Shown here: in pieces, positions 8,935 to 19,236 of the stretch
How the letters are laid out: every line of letters begins with the position of its first letter
How positions within the stretch are numbered: position 1 is the first letter of the stretch
Origin: Candidatus Woesearchaeota archaeon
GTDB lineage: Archaea; Nanobdellota; Nanobdellia; Woesearchaeales; UBA10216
DNA length: 55,224 bases
Reading direction: 5' to 3'
Assembly: GCA_016192945.1 (NCBI GenBank)
Contig: JACPTE010000029.1
Coordinates: forward strand, 1 to 55,224
Translations under genes and position numbers: made by a program
The notes under the pieces: generated by a model
Told to the model about the DNA's origin: nothing
Database searches by the model: none
What the model saw: the letters and a program-made list of their open reading frames with translations, nothing else

Positions 8935-9120
8935 GAGGGTTTTGAAAAACCCTCATTTCAAAAATCATTGCAGCAGGATTTGTGTTTTCCGCTCTCTTTC
9001 TTGCAGCGCAAATGATTTTTGAACTATAGACGACGAAGAAAGACTAACTGCGGACAGCAAAATAAGCAAGATGAAATGGGAGAAACCCCAGTTGAAAAAC
9101 GACCAAAGGGAGTTTTTCAA
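8935..9120. repeat. Cluster of inverted repeats (REP/MITE-like or bidirectional terminator)
   Basis: GAGGGTTT/AAACCCTC; 13-bp TTCAAAAATCATT/AATGATTTTTGAA; TTGAAAAAC/GTTTTTCAA. Confidence 0.55.
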
Positions 9121-9132
9121 AGTTCTCAATAA

Positions 9133-9843
9133 TCATTTAGGCCTCCAGCCACCGCTGACTTCTATGTTGGCCCCGCTGATGTGGGATGAGCTTTCAGAGA
9201 GCAGAAACCTCAGCGCATTTATCATGTCAGACTCCCTTGTCAGCCTGGCTTCAGGCATACCCTTTGGCACTGCAACACTAGTTTCCAGAACGCCTGGCGA
9301 AATCATGTTCACCCTAATCCCATTCTGCCACTCATCATCTGCAAGCTGCCTTGTGAGCATCAAAAGGCCTGACTTTGCGATGTAATAAGGCGTGGTCATA
9401 GGCCTTGGCAGAAGGCTGTCGCACCCTGCACAGCCGATATTGACAATGCTGCCTGCCTTTTGCCTCCTCATATGCTGGACAGCTTCCCTTGAGCAGAGAA
9501 AGGCTGAGATGAGGTTGCTGTCAATTACATTCCTGAACTCCTCCTCAGAGGTGTCTGCAAGGCTCTTGAAAATAAAGTCGCCTGCGTTGTTTACAAGAAG
9601 GCTTATTGAGCCGAATTTTTGAACTATCAGCCCAATTACCCTTTCAACGTCCTTAAACGAGCTCATATCGCCCTGGGCAAGAAAGGACTGCGGCGAATGC
9701 CCCCTGATGAGCCTTAATGTCTCCTCGGCAAATTTTTCGCTTTTCCTGTAATTAACGCAGACAGCGTAGCCTTCCATTGCAAGCTCAACGGCAATTGTCC
9801 TTCCAAGCCCCTTTGCAGAGCCTGTAACCAGCGCTGTTTTCAT
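9133..9843 (-). CDS. SDR oxidoreductase (FolM/FabG-like)
   Basis: TGSAKGLG, LVNNAG, YYIAK. Confidence 0.9.
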   Translation of the reverse strand: MKTALVTGSAKGLGRTIAVELAMEGYAVCVNYRKSEKFAEETLRLIRGHSPQSFLAQGDMSSFKDVERVIGLIVQKFGSISLLVNNAGDFIFKSLADTSEEEFRNVIDSNLISAFLCSREAVQHMRRQKAGSIVNIGCAGCDSLLPRPMTTPYYIAKSGLLMLTRQLADDEWQNGIRVNMISPGVLETSVAVPKGMPEARLTRESDMINALRFLLSESSSHISGANIEVSGGWRPK

Positions 9844-9894
9844 ATCTGCAGGGCAATGGAAAAATATTTAAATTGTTTTCTGTTTGCCCAGGCC

Positions 9895-10599
9895 ATGCCT
9901 GACGCCCAAACAAAAAAGAAGGCAGCTTTTTTCGCTATTTTCACATTGATGGTTCTCCTCCTGGGAAACATTAACTTTTCCCAGCTGGCTGGAGCAAAAA
10001 ACCAGTTTTTCACGCTCTTTCAGTTTTTCGGGCCGATTGCAGGCTCTTTCCTGGGACCTGCCATAGGAGCGGTTTCAGTAATGACAGCACAGCTTTCCAG
10101 CCTCATGCTTACAGGAAAGCAATTGGACCTGATAACAGCATTGAGATTCCTTCCGTTGATTCTTGCAGCTGCCTATTTCGGGCTAGCGCACAAGAACAGG
10201 GTTTATGCAGCATTAATCCCGATTGCGTGCATAGGGCTGTTCCTGATGAACCCTGTTGGACGGGAGGTATGGTTTTATGCGCTTTTCTGGACAATACCCC
10301 TGATTTGCGCCGTTCTCCCTGAAAGGATACTGCTCAAGAGCCTTGGAGCGACTTTCGCTGCGCATGCAGTCGGCGGGGCGATATGGATATGGGCTTTCCC
10401 AACAACACCTGACTTATGGATAAACTTAATTCCAGCGGTTATAAAGGAAAGGCTGCTTTTCGCACTAGGCATAGCAGCATCCTACATAGCAATAAACACC
10501 CTCATTGCAAGAATGCCCCTTAAGCTTTCCTCAATGATTCCCAAGGGGGCTGTTGACAGGAAAGCAGTCATTTCAAAATCAATACTTTCCAGCATCTGA
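9895..10599 (+). CDS. Polytopic membrane protein, ECF S-component-like
   Basis: 6-7 TM helices; FGPIAGSFLGP and TFAAHAVG; TATA box ~25 nt upstream of ATG 9895. Confidence 0.55.
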   Translation: MPDAQTKKKAAFFAIFTLMVLLLGNINFSQLAGAKNQFFTLFQFFGPIAGSFLGPAIGAVSVMTAQLSSLMLTGKQLDLITALRFLPLILAAAYFGLAHKNRVYAALIPIACIGLFLMNPVGREVWFYALFWTIPLICAVLPERILLKSLGATFAAHAVGGAIWIWAFPTTPDLWINLIPAVIKERLLFALGIAASYIAINTLIARMPLKLSSMIPKGAVDRKAVISKSILSSI

Positions 10600-10605
10600 G
10601 ACAAT

Positions 10606-11886
10606 CTAATCCTTCTCATTGCTCCAGAGAGTTCTTGCTTCGCCCACTACAAAAAGCGAGCCGCTCACTATTACAGCGCTTTCCTTTTCCTTAGCATCGC
10701 TGATTGCTGCCTTCACTGCCTGGACAACATCTTCTATTATCCGGGCCTTCACACCAGGAAAATGCCTTAAAATCATCCACGGGTCAGCACCCCTGTACCT
10801 TGCCCTGCAAAAGATAATCTCGTCTGCAAAGGCAACCTGCCCAGCCATTGACTCAATATCCTTATTCTCTGAAATTCCCAAAACCAGGATGATTTTGCTG
10901 CTGATGCTTTCCCTTGCAAAACCAGCAAGAGCGCTCATCCCGTCAGGATTATGTGCTCCATCAAGAATAACCAATGGCGCTCTTGAAATGACTTCAATCC
11001 TCCCAGGCCACCTTGCGCTCTCAATGCCATTCCTTATAGCATAGTTTGCCAACCCGAAACCCCTGGACTGAAGGGCATGAGCAATGCACAGGGCAACCAG
11101 AACATTTCTTGCCTGATGCCTTCCCAGGAGCCTGACCTTAAGATGATAATCATAATCACCTGACACCCTCATTTCAAGGCAGTCAATGCCTGAGCTGATA
11201 ATATCAGCCCTGAACATATTGTCAACCGGCAAAAGCTCAGAACTTTTGCTTTTGCATACGCTGCTAAACAGGTTCAATACATCCTGCCTTGTTTCAGCAG
11301 TAACAACAGGAATTCCTTTCTTAATTATGCCTGCCTTCTCGCCAGCTATGCTCAGCAGGTCATTTCCAAGATGCTCTGTGTGCTCCAAGGCAATATGGGT
11401 TATTGCACATACCTCTGGAACTATTACGTTAGTGGCATCAAGCCTTCCGCCAAGCCCAACCTCTACAACTGCGAAATCAACATTCCTGTCCCTGAAATGA
11501 AGGAAAGAAATGGCAGTTACAAACTCAAAGTAAGTCACCATCAACTCGCCCTTGAGCATTTCAGCCTTTTCAAAAACCCTGTTAAAGCAGTTTACAACTT
11601 CCTCCTCGCTTATAAGCTGCCCGTCAACCTGAATCCTCTCCCTGAATGTTGACAAGTGCGGAGAAGTGTACATTCCCACCCTGAATCCAGAGGAGCTGAG
11701 AATTGAGCTTGCAAATGCACATACAGAGCCCTTCCCGTTTGTTCCCCCTATGTGGACAGACCTGAAGCTCTTCTCAGGGCTCCCAAGCTCGGCAAGCAGC
11801 CTTGAAATGCTCCCAAGCCCCAGCTTCATCCCAAAAGACTCAAGATTATACAAATACTCCAGAACTTCCCTGTAGCTGCCTGCCAT
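10606..11886 (-). CDS. folC: Folylpolyglutamate synthase/dihydrofolate synthase
   Basis: HIGGTNGKGS, YTSPHL, EVGLGGRLDATN, LDGAHNP, GSLFVVG. Confidence 0.95.
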   Translation of the reverse strand: MAGSYREVLEYLYNLESFGMKLGLGSISRLLAELGSPEKSFRSVHIGGTNGKGSVCAFASSILSSSGFRVGMYTSPHLSTFRERIQVDGQLISEEEVVNCFNRVFEKAEMLKGELMVTYFEFVTAISFLHFRDRNVDFAVVEVGLGGRLDATNVIVPEVCAITHIALEHTEHLGNDLLSIAGEKAGIIKKGIPVVTAETRQDVLNLFSSVCKSKSSELLPVDNMFRADIISSGIDCLEMRVSGDYDYHLKVRLLGRHQARNVLVALCIAHALQSRGFGLANYAIRNGIESARWPGRIEVISRAPLVILDGAHNPDGMSALAGFARESISSKIILVLGISENKDIESMAGQVAFADEIIFCRARYRGADPWMILRHFPGVKARIIEDVVQAVKAAISDAKEKESAVIVSGSLFVVGEARTLWSNEKD

Positions 11887-11969
11887 GTTGAATGGGAGCG
11901 GCTTTGGCAATAAAAATCTATTCGTGCACAAAAAACTTTATAAACCGCCCTAAAAACCTCCAATACAGA

Positions 11970-12425
11970 ATGGCACGAATGCATTCCAGAAAGAAGGGAA
12001 AGGCAGGCTCCAAAAAGCCTCTGAACAACATAAAGCCCTCATGGATACGGTACAAGGACAGGGAGATAGAGCTCCTCATAGTCAAGCTGGCCAAAGATGG
12101 AAAGACACCAAGTGCCATCGGAATGCACCTGAGGGATACCTACGGGATACCAAGCGTGAAGGTAATTTCTGAAAAAAGCATAACAGGCATAATGAAGGAG
12201 AAGAAGCTCCTGTCAGCAATACCTGAAGACCTGATGTCAATAATCAAGAGAAACATCATTGTCAAGAAGCACCTTGAAGCCAACCACAAGGACATGACAG
12301 CAAAGCGGGGCATGCAGCTTGCAGACTCAAAGATAAGAAGGCTTGTAAAATACTACAAGAGAACCGGAAAGCTGGCAAAAAACTGGGAATACGACCCAGA
12401 AAAAATCAGGATGCTGATAGAGTAA
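11970..12425 (+). CDS. rps15: 30S ribosomal protein S15 (uS15, archaeal type)
   Basis: MARMHSRKKGKAGSKKP...LRDTYGIP...SKIRRLVKYYK. Confidence 0.97.
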   Translation: MARMHSRKKGKAGSKKPLNNIKPSWIRYKDREIELLIVKLAKDGKTPSAIGMHLRDTYGIPSVKVISEKSITGIMKEKKLLSAIPEDLMSIIKRNIIVKKHLEANHKDMTAKRGMQLADSKIRRLVKYYKRTGKLAKNWEYDPEKIRMLIE

Positions 12426-12507
12426 GGCTGCTTTTCCATATCGTTTTTTTCTTTTCACGTTCAGCAACTTTTAAATATGACATCAGCGAACCAGAAAATG
12501 AGCTAAA

Positions 12508-13914
12508 TTGGACAAATACGAAAAATTCTATTCATGTGCGCAGAGGGTTGCAGATGAATTCAGGAAGATTGATGCAGGCCATCCAATCAGGATAATATCC
12601 CATCTTGATGCTGACGGGCTCAGCTCATGCTCAATCCTTACAAAGGCAATGAAGAGGGCTGGCAGGCAATACACAGTGTCAATCGTCCAGAAGCTGGATG
12701 AGGCGCTGGCTGAAAGCCTTGCCAACGAGCCGTTCAGCTACATAGCATTCACAGACCTCGGCTCAGGGCAGTTCAACCTGCTCAAAAAAATCCCGGACAG
12801 CAAAACCATCTACATCTTTGACCACCACAAGCCTGAATCTTTTGAGGAGATTGGCAATATAGTCCACTTAAACCCGCACCTTTTTGAAATAGACGGCTCA
12901 AAAGAGGTTTCAGGGGCGGGGGTTGCCTACCTTTTTTCAAGGGCACTTGATGCAAGAAACAGGGATATGGCGCATATAGCCATAATAGGGGCTATCGGGG
13001 ATGTGCAGGAAAACAACGGCTTTGAAAGGGTCAACACAGACATACTGAAAGACGCTGTTGAGTCCGGAAAGATGAAAGTCATCCAGGGGCTCAAGCTGTT
13101 TGGGGCGCAGACAAAGCCGCTTCACAATGCACTCGCATACAGCACAGAGCACAACATCCCGGGGGTTACAGGCAGCGAAAGCGGGGCAATACAGTTCCTG
13201 CATCAGCTTGGCATAAGCCCAAAAAACGGCGATTCATGGAGAAGCCTTGTTGACCTGGATGACAGGGAGCTCAAAAACCTGGTAACTGGAATACTCATGA
13301 GAAGGCTTAACGAGAAAGAGCCTGAGGCGATAATAGGAAGGGTATACATACTTCTCGGGGAAGAAAAAAAATCCCCGCTGAGGGATGCCAAGGAGTTCTC
13401 AACACTCCTTAATGCCTGCGGAAGGATGGACAAGTCAGAGCTTGGCATAGGCGCCTGCCTGGGCGATGAAAAGCTCAAGGCACAGGCAATAGCCCATCTT
13501 GCCCTTTACAAGAAGGAGATTGTAAAAGGGCTCACATGGTTTGAGAAAAGTTACAGCTCAGGAGAAATAATCAGGGGCAGGAACTACATAATAATAAATG
13601 CAGGCAGGCAGATAATGCACACGATGATTGGAACCCTTGCGTCAATACTATCCAAGTCAAACTACCTTGGCGAGGGCACATTCATACTTTCAATGGCACA
13701 AATAGGGGACGGGAACACAAAGGTGAGCATCAGGCTCAGCGGCAGCTCAGCCACAACAGACCTGAGGGGTGTGATATCAGGAATAGTGGAAAAGGTGGAT
13801 GGCTCATTTGGAGGCCATATGGGGGCTGCAGGCGCAATAATAGCCACTGACAGGGAAGGCCAGTTCATAGAGGAGGCGAAAAGCCTATTTGAAAAAACAG
13901 CCATCACTCCCTAA
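12508..13914 (+). CDS. DHH/DHHA1 nuclease (RecJ/GAN-like)
   Basis: HLDADG, DLGSG, DHH, GGHMGAAG; archaeal rps15-recJ linkage. Confidence 0.9.
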   Translation: MDKYEKFYSCAQRVADEFRKIDAGHPIRIISHLDADGLSSCSILTKAMKRAGRQYTVSIVQKLDEALAESLANEPFSYIAFTDLGSGQFNLLKKIPDSKTIYIFDHHKPESFEEIGNIVHLNPHLFEIDGSKEVSGAGVAYLFSRALDARNRDMAHIAIIGAIGDVQENNGFERVNTDILKDAVESGKMKVIQGLKLFGAQTKPLHNALAYSTEHNIPGVTGSESGAIQFLHQLGISPKNGDSWRSLVDLDDRELKNLVTGILMRRLNEKEPEAIIGRVYILLGEEKKSPLRDAKEFSTLLNACGRMDKSELGIGACLGDEKLKAQAIAHLALYKKEIVKGLTWFEKSYSSGEIIRGRNYIIINAGRQIMHTMIGTLASILSKSNYLGEGTFILSMAQIGDGNTKVSIRLSGSSATTDLRGVISGIVEKVDGSFGGHMGAAGAIIATDREGQFIEEAKSLFEKTAITP

Positions 13915-14818
13915 ACTCAATATCATCAATAATCCCGTCAGAATCCAGATCTATGCCCTCCACAACCTTTGCATTAACAGCCCGGTCATGCATATTGCCT
14001 GAGCACACCCCGCTGAAATTCTTGATAAATGCTATGATTGCAGCCCTTGTCCCGGCGTGCCTCTTCCCAGCCACCAGAAGAATAAATTTTCCAGGTTCAA
14101 AAGGGCTTTTTGACTTCACAATAAGCCCTGACTCGTCATTCGGATATACATTCCCTGAAACAGATGACTTTATCCCCCAATGCGAATCCCTGTCAAACCT
14201 TACAGGAAGCTTTGAGTTCACCATTGCTGTTACCTTATTAACAACAGGCCCTCCAATCAGAATCAGGTTGTTCCTCAGGTCAGCATCTCTCACTTCAGTG
14301 TCAAGCTTCACATTGAAATTGCTGACATGGTTGAGAAATGAGCCCAAAAACAGGGCAAGGTCCATTCCATAATAGCCGTCCCTTGAGCGGGCCTTCTCAG
14401 GGCCGTGCGGGTCAGGGCTTCCAACTATGATGAGCGCGTCAAGCTTGCCGTCAACTATGAAAGGCTTCAGGAAGCTGACATCGCCCTTGCCAAGAAGCTT
14501 CTGGCTCTCCTCAAGCGGCTTGAACCTGATTATGAAAGCAGGCTTATCAGCTGCATAGAACTTTGCAACAGCGCCCTGCCGCTTGTCCTCCCTTACAACA
14601 CTTATTATGCCTGCCTTCTCAAGGTTCCTGACATGATAGTAAACCTTCTGCTCATGCACTTTTAACTCGCGGGCAATCTCAATAGGGTACATAGGCTTCT
14701 TTACAAGGAGATTGACTATCCTTATTGCAAGCCCAGAGCTGAAATTCCTCGCTTCCCCTGCAGAAATCTCCTTTGCAGGAAGCGAGAAAATCCCCTTCCC
14801 AAGGTCTACTACAAACAT
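13904..14818 (-). CDS. ArsR-type wHTH fused to a domain resembling S-layer C-termini
   Basis: YPIEIARELKVHEQKVYYH; NLILIGGPVVN. Confidence 0.7.
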   Translation of the reverse strand: MFVVDLGKGIFSLPAKEISAGEARNFSSGLAIRIVNLLVKKPMYPIEIARELKVHEQKVYYHVRNLEKAGIISVVREDKRQGAVAKFYAADKPAFIIRFKPLEESQKLLGKGDVSFLKPFIVDGKLDALIIVGSPDPHGPEKARSRDGYYGMDLALFLGSFLNHVSNFNVKLDTEVRDADLRNNLILIGGPVVNKVTAMVNSKLPVRFDRDSHWGIKSSVSGNVYPNDESGLIVKSKSPFEPGKFILLVAGKRHAGTRAAIIAFIKNFSGVCSGNMHDRAVNAKVVEGIDLDSDGIIDDIEFRE

Positions 14819-14868
14819 ATTTTTAACCCCATTAAAACAAGAATTATAAGGTTGTATTTAAATCTTGC

Positions 14869-15147
14869 CTAAAGAAGATTCATAATCCCGTTGATATGCT
14901 CTGCAACCTCATTGCCTGCCTTTGTGAGGGTCAGTATCTTGAGCCTTCCCTTCTTCTCAAAGTTTATCAGGCCTGACTTCTGCATATCCTGAAGGATTTT
15001 CACAACATGGGAGTATGTGCAGTCAACTGACTTTGCAAGGCTTGAGGCGTAAACCTCGCCCTTGGCGTTCTTCAGCCCTATCAGCATCATAGCAGGCTTT
15101 TCCCTGAAAAAAACATTGAAGATTTCCTTATTCTGCAAAAATCCCAC
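14869..15147 (-). CDS. Winged-helix DNA-binding protein
   Basis: YASSLAKSVDCTYSHVVKIL...KKGRLKILTLT. Confidence 0.8.
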   Translation of the reverse strand: MGFLQNKEIFNVFFREKPAMMLIGLKNAKGEVYASSLAKSVDCTYSHVVKILQDMQKSGLINFEKKGRLKILTLTKAGNEVAEHINGIMNLL

Positions 15148-15234
15148 CCCTTAGCTCAAATATGTAACATAATCTCTATTTTATAAGACATATTTAAATC
15201 TTTTGATAGCGCTGTTTTTACAGTCATAAACAGC

Positions 15235-15990
15235 TTATTTCCAGATGGAGATTGCCTCTTCCTCAACGAAATGGAGCTCACCAGGCACGACAAGGCAATG
15301 GGGAGCTGTTCCGAAATCAAAATTAAGCAGGTCCCTCGCCTTCCCAGCCTTCACAAGAAAGTCATCCCTTCCAATCCTCGCACACCCGATACACAAGCTG
15401 TCCTCGCTGAACAGCTGCTCCTTCCTCTTTTTCTCAATGTCAAGAAGAATCCTGATTGCCTCATTTACGCTCATAAACCTTTTTTTCTCAGGCTTCAGGT
15501 CAAGAATCAGGAGTGTATGCAGCCCCAGTATCCTGTTCTGCTTCAGGACTTCATAAGCGGTTACTGGCTGGAAGTTAGTCTCTGGGAAGGGGACGCTGGA
15601 TGTCTTCCCAAACTTGTAAATCTGGAGCCCTGTTATGCCTATTGATGTCATTATTGAGGCGTTGTTTATTATTGAGAACTTTATGCCCCTTCTGCGCACC
15701 CTCAGCATCAGGTCTATGTGGGTGGTTGCGGCAAAAGGGTCGCCTATTACCAGGAATGCCACATTGGAAAATGCAGCCTTGTCAACAATCTCATTGCTCT
15801 GCTCAACCAGCTCCCTGCTGGCAGGCACTACCTTCCTGCCGTAAAACCTTTCAAGGTCGGCAACAGAGCAGGCAAGGAGGCTGCTGTATGTTTCAAGGTA
15901 GACATAGTCGCAATTCCTCACTATTTCAAGACCCCTCACTGTGATGTCGGTCTCGTAATTCAGCCCGATGCCGATGAAATACAATGCCAT
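15235..15990 (-). CDS. dph5: Diphthine synthase
   Basis: LYFIGIGL, GDPFAATTH, GLQIYKFGKT, LHTLLILD. Confidence 0.96.
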   Translation of the reverse strand: MALYFIGIGLNYETDITVRGLEIVRNCDYVYLETYSSLLACSVADLERFYGRKVVPASRELVEQSNEIVDKAAFSNVAFLVIGDPFAATTHIDLMLRVRRRGIKFSIINNASIMTSIGITGLQIYKFGKTSSVPFPETNFQPVTAYEVLKQNRILGLHTLLILDLKPEKKRFMSVNEAIRILLDIEKKRKEQLFSEDSLCIGCARIGRDDFLVKAGKARDLLNFDFGTAPHCLVVPGELHFVEEEAISIWK

Positions 15991-16023
15991 GAAAAAAGAA
16001 ATTATGGCCCTGCTTAAAAAGGT

Positions 16024-16689
16024 TTACGCAATCGTCTCAAGAAACCTGGAAGCCATCTCAGCCACATTCCCCTCGCTTGATATCCCGGTCCAGGGGTCAG
16101 TTGGGCTGACAATGTTAACCACAACTATCTCTGCCCCATTGAAGATAGCGCTCCTCGCCTCCTTCAGGTCAACTCCCCCTGCTGCAGAGATGAGGACGTC
16201 ATACTTGCTCCTTATCTTGTTTATGTGCTTATACCTGATTACCTTGCCCCTGGTGCCTTCCTCATCCCTTCCCTTATGAATCACCACCACTGCCGGCGGA
16301 TGCTTAAGGCGCCTGATAACGCCCAACGGCTCCTCAACCCCAATCATGTCAATCATGGAGTCAATGCCCAGCTCATCACACCGCCTTATAAAAAGGTCAA
16401 TGGTTTCAACGCTTGCAGCGCCAAGCACAGTTGCAGCAGAGGCGCCAGCCCTGTAAGCAAGCTCAACCTCATCAACCGCGCCATCCATGGTCTTAAGGTC
16501 TGCAACCACCCTGCCCCTCCAAATCTGGGCAATCGTGCTTATGGCATTCATGCCCTCCCTCTTGATGAGCGGTGTGCCTGCCTCTACCAGAATCCTGTCG
16601 CTAAGTGGAATCCCTGGCAGAATCCGCTCCACCATTGATGAGTCATCATTGAATGCTATCTGCAGATAGCGCTTGTTGTGCTCCAGCAT
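16024..16689 (-). CDS. OMPDC/HUMPS family protein (hexulose-6-phosphate synthase-like)
   Basis: LQIAF, EAGTPLIKREG, VADLKTMDG, HKGRDEE, AAGG. Confidence 0.85.
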   Translation of the reverse strand: MLEHNKRYLQIAFNDDSSMVERILPGIPLSDRILVEAGTPLIKREGMNAISTIAQIWRGRVVADLKTMDGAVDEVELAYRAGASAATVLGAASVETIDLFIRRCDELGIDSMIDMIGVEEPLGVIRRLKHPPAVVVIHKGRDEEGTRGKVIRYKHINKIRSKYDVLISAAGGVDLKEARSAIFNGAEIVVVNIVSPTDPWTGISSEGNVAEMASRFLETIA

Positions 16690-16695
16690 AAGGCA

Positions 16696-17463
16696 TTACT
16701 TCTTCCTGACAAAGTGGCTTATGATATCCCCTGTATCTGATGGCAGGAAAAGGACAATCTTCTCAGATGGGTCTGCAGCAATGTCCCTTATCGTCTGGAG
16801 AGTCCTCAAATGAAGCGCGCCTGAACTCTTGGAAAGGTTCTCAGCAGCCTTTCTCAGGTTCTCTGATGCCTTCAGTTCGCCGTCTGAAGCGATAATTACA
16901 GCCCTCCTCTCCCTCTCAGCCTCTGCCTGCTTTGCCATCGCCCTCTTCATCTCAGCAGGAAGCTCCATCTCCTGAATCTTGATTGATTCAATGTCAACAC
17001 CCCACCCGCTGGTCTCAGCATCAACTATCTTCTTTATGTCAGTTGCAACCTTTTCCCTTTCAGTGAGAACAAAATCCATCTCAGAGTTACCAACAACATC
17101 CCTCAGGGCTGTCTGGGTGTACTGCTTGACTGCATACTCAAAATCCTCAATCTTAATAATTGCATTCTGAGGATTCTCAACCCTGAAATAAACAACAGTA
17201 TTGGCCAGGATGGGAATGTTATCCTTAGTCATTACCTCCTGCCTCGGAATGTCTGCAGTCTTAATCCTCATGTCAACAACCTTCATTCCCTCTATTAACG
17301 GGATAATAAATGCAACGCCCGGGCCAATCGTCCTTGAATACCTGCCCAGCCTGAACACTATTGCACGCTCATACTCCATCAGAATCCTGAATCCCATCAA
17401 AAAGAAAATCACAACCAGCACTGCCAGAGTTATAGCCAGCCAAAGCATATCAAACCACCTCAA
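16696..17463 (-). CDS. SPFH/band 7 (stomatin-like) protein
   Basis: EYERAIVFRLGR, QTALRDVVG, AMAKQAEAERERRA. Confidence 0.93.
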   Translation of the reverse strand: MRWFDMLWLAITLAVLVVIFFLMGFRILMEYERAIVFRLGRYSRTIGPGVAFIIPLIEGMKVVDMRIKTADIPRQEVMTKDNIPILANTVVYFRVENPQNAIIKIEDFEYAVKQYTQTALRDVVGNSEMDFVLTEREKVATDIKKIVDAETSGWGVDIESIKIQEMELPAEMKRAMAKQAEAERERRAVIIASDGELKASENLRKAAENLSKSSGALHLRTLQTIRDIAADPSEKIVLFLPSDTGDIISHFVRKK

Positions 17464-17497
17464 ATGAACCTAAACTTTCCCTGCTTTTTAAAGCTTG

Positions 17498-17848
17498 TTA
17501 CTGTTCGCCTTCAATAAGCAGGTCAATAGTCCTGTAAACCCTGCCCTGCGTGTCAGATACAGAATCCTCGTTCACAAGAACAGAGGCGCCATGGAACTGG
17601 CTGATGTAAAAAACCGAGACAACATCTCTCCCATAATGCTTTCCTGCAGCGTGCAGCCTTAGCACATCTCCGGCATTATGGGGCTTTGGCTCAATTGTGC
17701 CAAGGAGGCGGGCTATTTCAGGAGTGCCTATCCTCGGAACATCGCCTGGCAAAAAGCCCCTGGAAAACGTGCAGTGAATGAAATCATAGCTGTTTCTCAA
17801 ACTGCCTTTGACAACATCAACAAGGACTGAAATAGAATATTCACTCAT
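17498..17848 (-). CDS. Hypothetical protein
   Basis: ORF with an upstream TATA-like element; no recognised motif. Confidence 0.55.
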   Translation of the reverse strand: MSEYSISVLVDVVKGSLRNSYDFIHCTFSRGFLPGDVPRIGTPEIARLLGTIEPKPHNAGDVLRLHAAGKHYGRDVVSVFYISQFHGASVLVNEDSVSDTQGRVYRTIDLLIEGEQ

Positions 17849-17968
17849 GGGCAGGGTGTTTACAGGCTGCTATTTAAATATTGCTATTTTAATAACTTAA
17901 TAGTAGTGATTTTAGAAAGGTTTATATACTGCCGAATTCAGTATATGCATATATCCGAGGGGGTGTAA

Positions 17969-18967
17969 ATGATACAAAAAAGCATTCAGATACTGGAAAA
18001 GCTGCAGCACAAGACAGGGCTGTTCCCTGCTGCTGCAAGGGATGTGAAGACAGGCTACAACAGGGCATGGCTGAGGGATAATGTATATGCAGCCATAGGG
18101 CTGGAGGCTGCAAAGAACAAAAGGGCGCTAATCAGGACATACAGGGCGCTGCTTGACATATTCCTGAAGCACGAATACAAGATAGACTGGATGATAAGGC
18201 AGCCGTTCCCAAAGGAGGCATACAGGTATATCCACGCAAGATATGACCCCATAACAATGGCAGAAATCTATGAGGAATGGGGAAACAAGCAGAATGATGC
18301 AATAGGTGCAGTGCTTTTCAAAATAGGTGAACTTGAAAAAAAGGGCAACAGGATAATCCGCAACAGCAATGACCTGCGGATACTGCAAAAGCTTGTAGAT
18401 TACCTTGGGGCCATAGAATACTGGCATGACAGGGACAACGGAATATGGGAGGAGAACGAGGAAATCCACGCATCGTCAATAGGGGCGTGCGTTGCAGGGT
18501 TAAAGGCAATAAGCCACATTATAGAAGTGCCAGGGCAACTAATCCTGAAAGGGCAGGATGCGCTGAATGAGCTGCTGCCTCGCGAATCAGGAACAAAGGA
18601 AACAGACTTAGCGCTGCTTTCTCTTATATACCCTTATAATGCTGCCAATGAGCAGCAGAAATTCCAGATACTGAAAAATGTTGAATCAAGGCTGCTGAAA
18701 AGGCGCGGCGTAATCAGGTATGCAGGGGACAAATACTACAACAACGGAATTGGCGAGGCAGAATGGACATTCGGGCTGCCATGGCTTGCAATCATTTACA
18801 GGCAGATGAACAATCCTGAAAAGTATGCTTATTACATGAAGAAGACCTATGATGCCATGAACAAAAAGGGCGAGCTTCCTGAGCTGTATTACTCAGGCAC
18901 AAGCAGGCACAATGAGAACACTCCGCTTGCCTGGAGCCAGGCAATGTTCCTCGCAGCAAGGCTTTAA
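17969..18967 (+). CDS. GH15 glucoamylase-like hydrolase
   Basis: YNRAWLRD, QNDAIG, DNGIWEE, LPELY, PLAWSQA. Confidence 0.9.
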   Translation: MIQKSIQILEKLQHKTGLFPAAARDVKTGYNRAWLRDNVYAAIGLEAAKNKRALIRTYRALLDIFLKHEYKIDWMIRQPFPKEAYRYIHARYDPITMAEIYEEWGNKQNDAIGAVLFKIGELEKKGNRIIRNSNDLRILQKLVDYLGAIEYWHDRDNGIWEENEEIHASSIGACVAGLKAISHIIEVPGQLILKGQDALNELLPRESGTKETDLALLSLIYPYNAANEQQKFQILKNVESRLLKRRGVIRYAGDKYYNNGIGEAEWTFGLPWLAIIYRQMNNPEKYAYYMKKTYDAMNKKGELPELYYSGTSRHNENTPLAWSQAMFLAARL

Positions 18968-19104
18968 TAAGGATTCAGCCAGAACTCGTCTGCTCCTGTT
19001 TAAACTTAACTGGCAGCAAGGGCTATTATTATGCGAATTTCCACTCTCAAAGTGTAACAAATGTTTATATACATCAAGAAAGAACATGGTTCTGGGGTGG
19101 TAAG

Positions 19105-19224
19105 ATGAAGATAAACTTCAACAAGCCAGTTTTAGTTATAAATCCTAATGAGTTCAAGGTATACTGCAAGAAAAGGTACATCAAGCAGGTATTCAGTGCC
19201 TTGAAGGGGGATGTTGACTATTAG
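19105..19224 (+). CDS. Small hypothetical protein (39 aa)
   Basis: TTTATATA box, GGGGTGG ribosome site, MKINFNKPVLVINPNEFKVYCKK...; not in ORF track. Confidence 0.45.
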   Translation: MKINFNKPVLVINPNEFKVYCKKRYIKQVFSALKGDVDY

Positions 19225-19236
19225 CTTTATTTCCAA

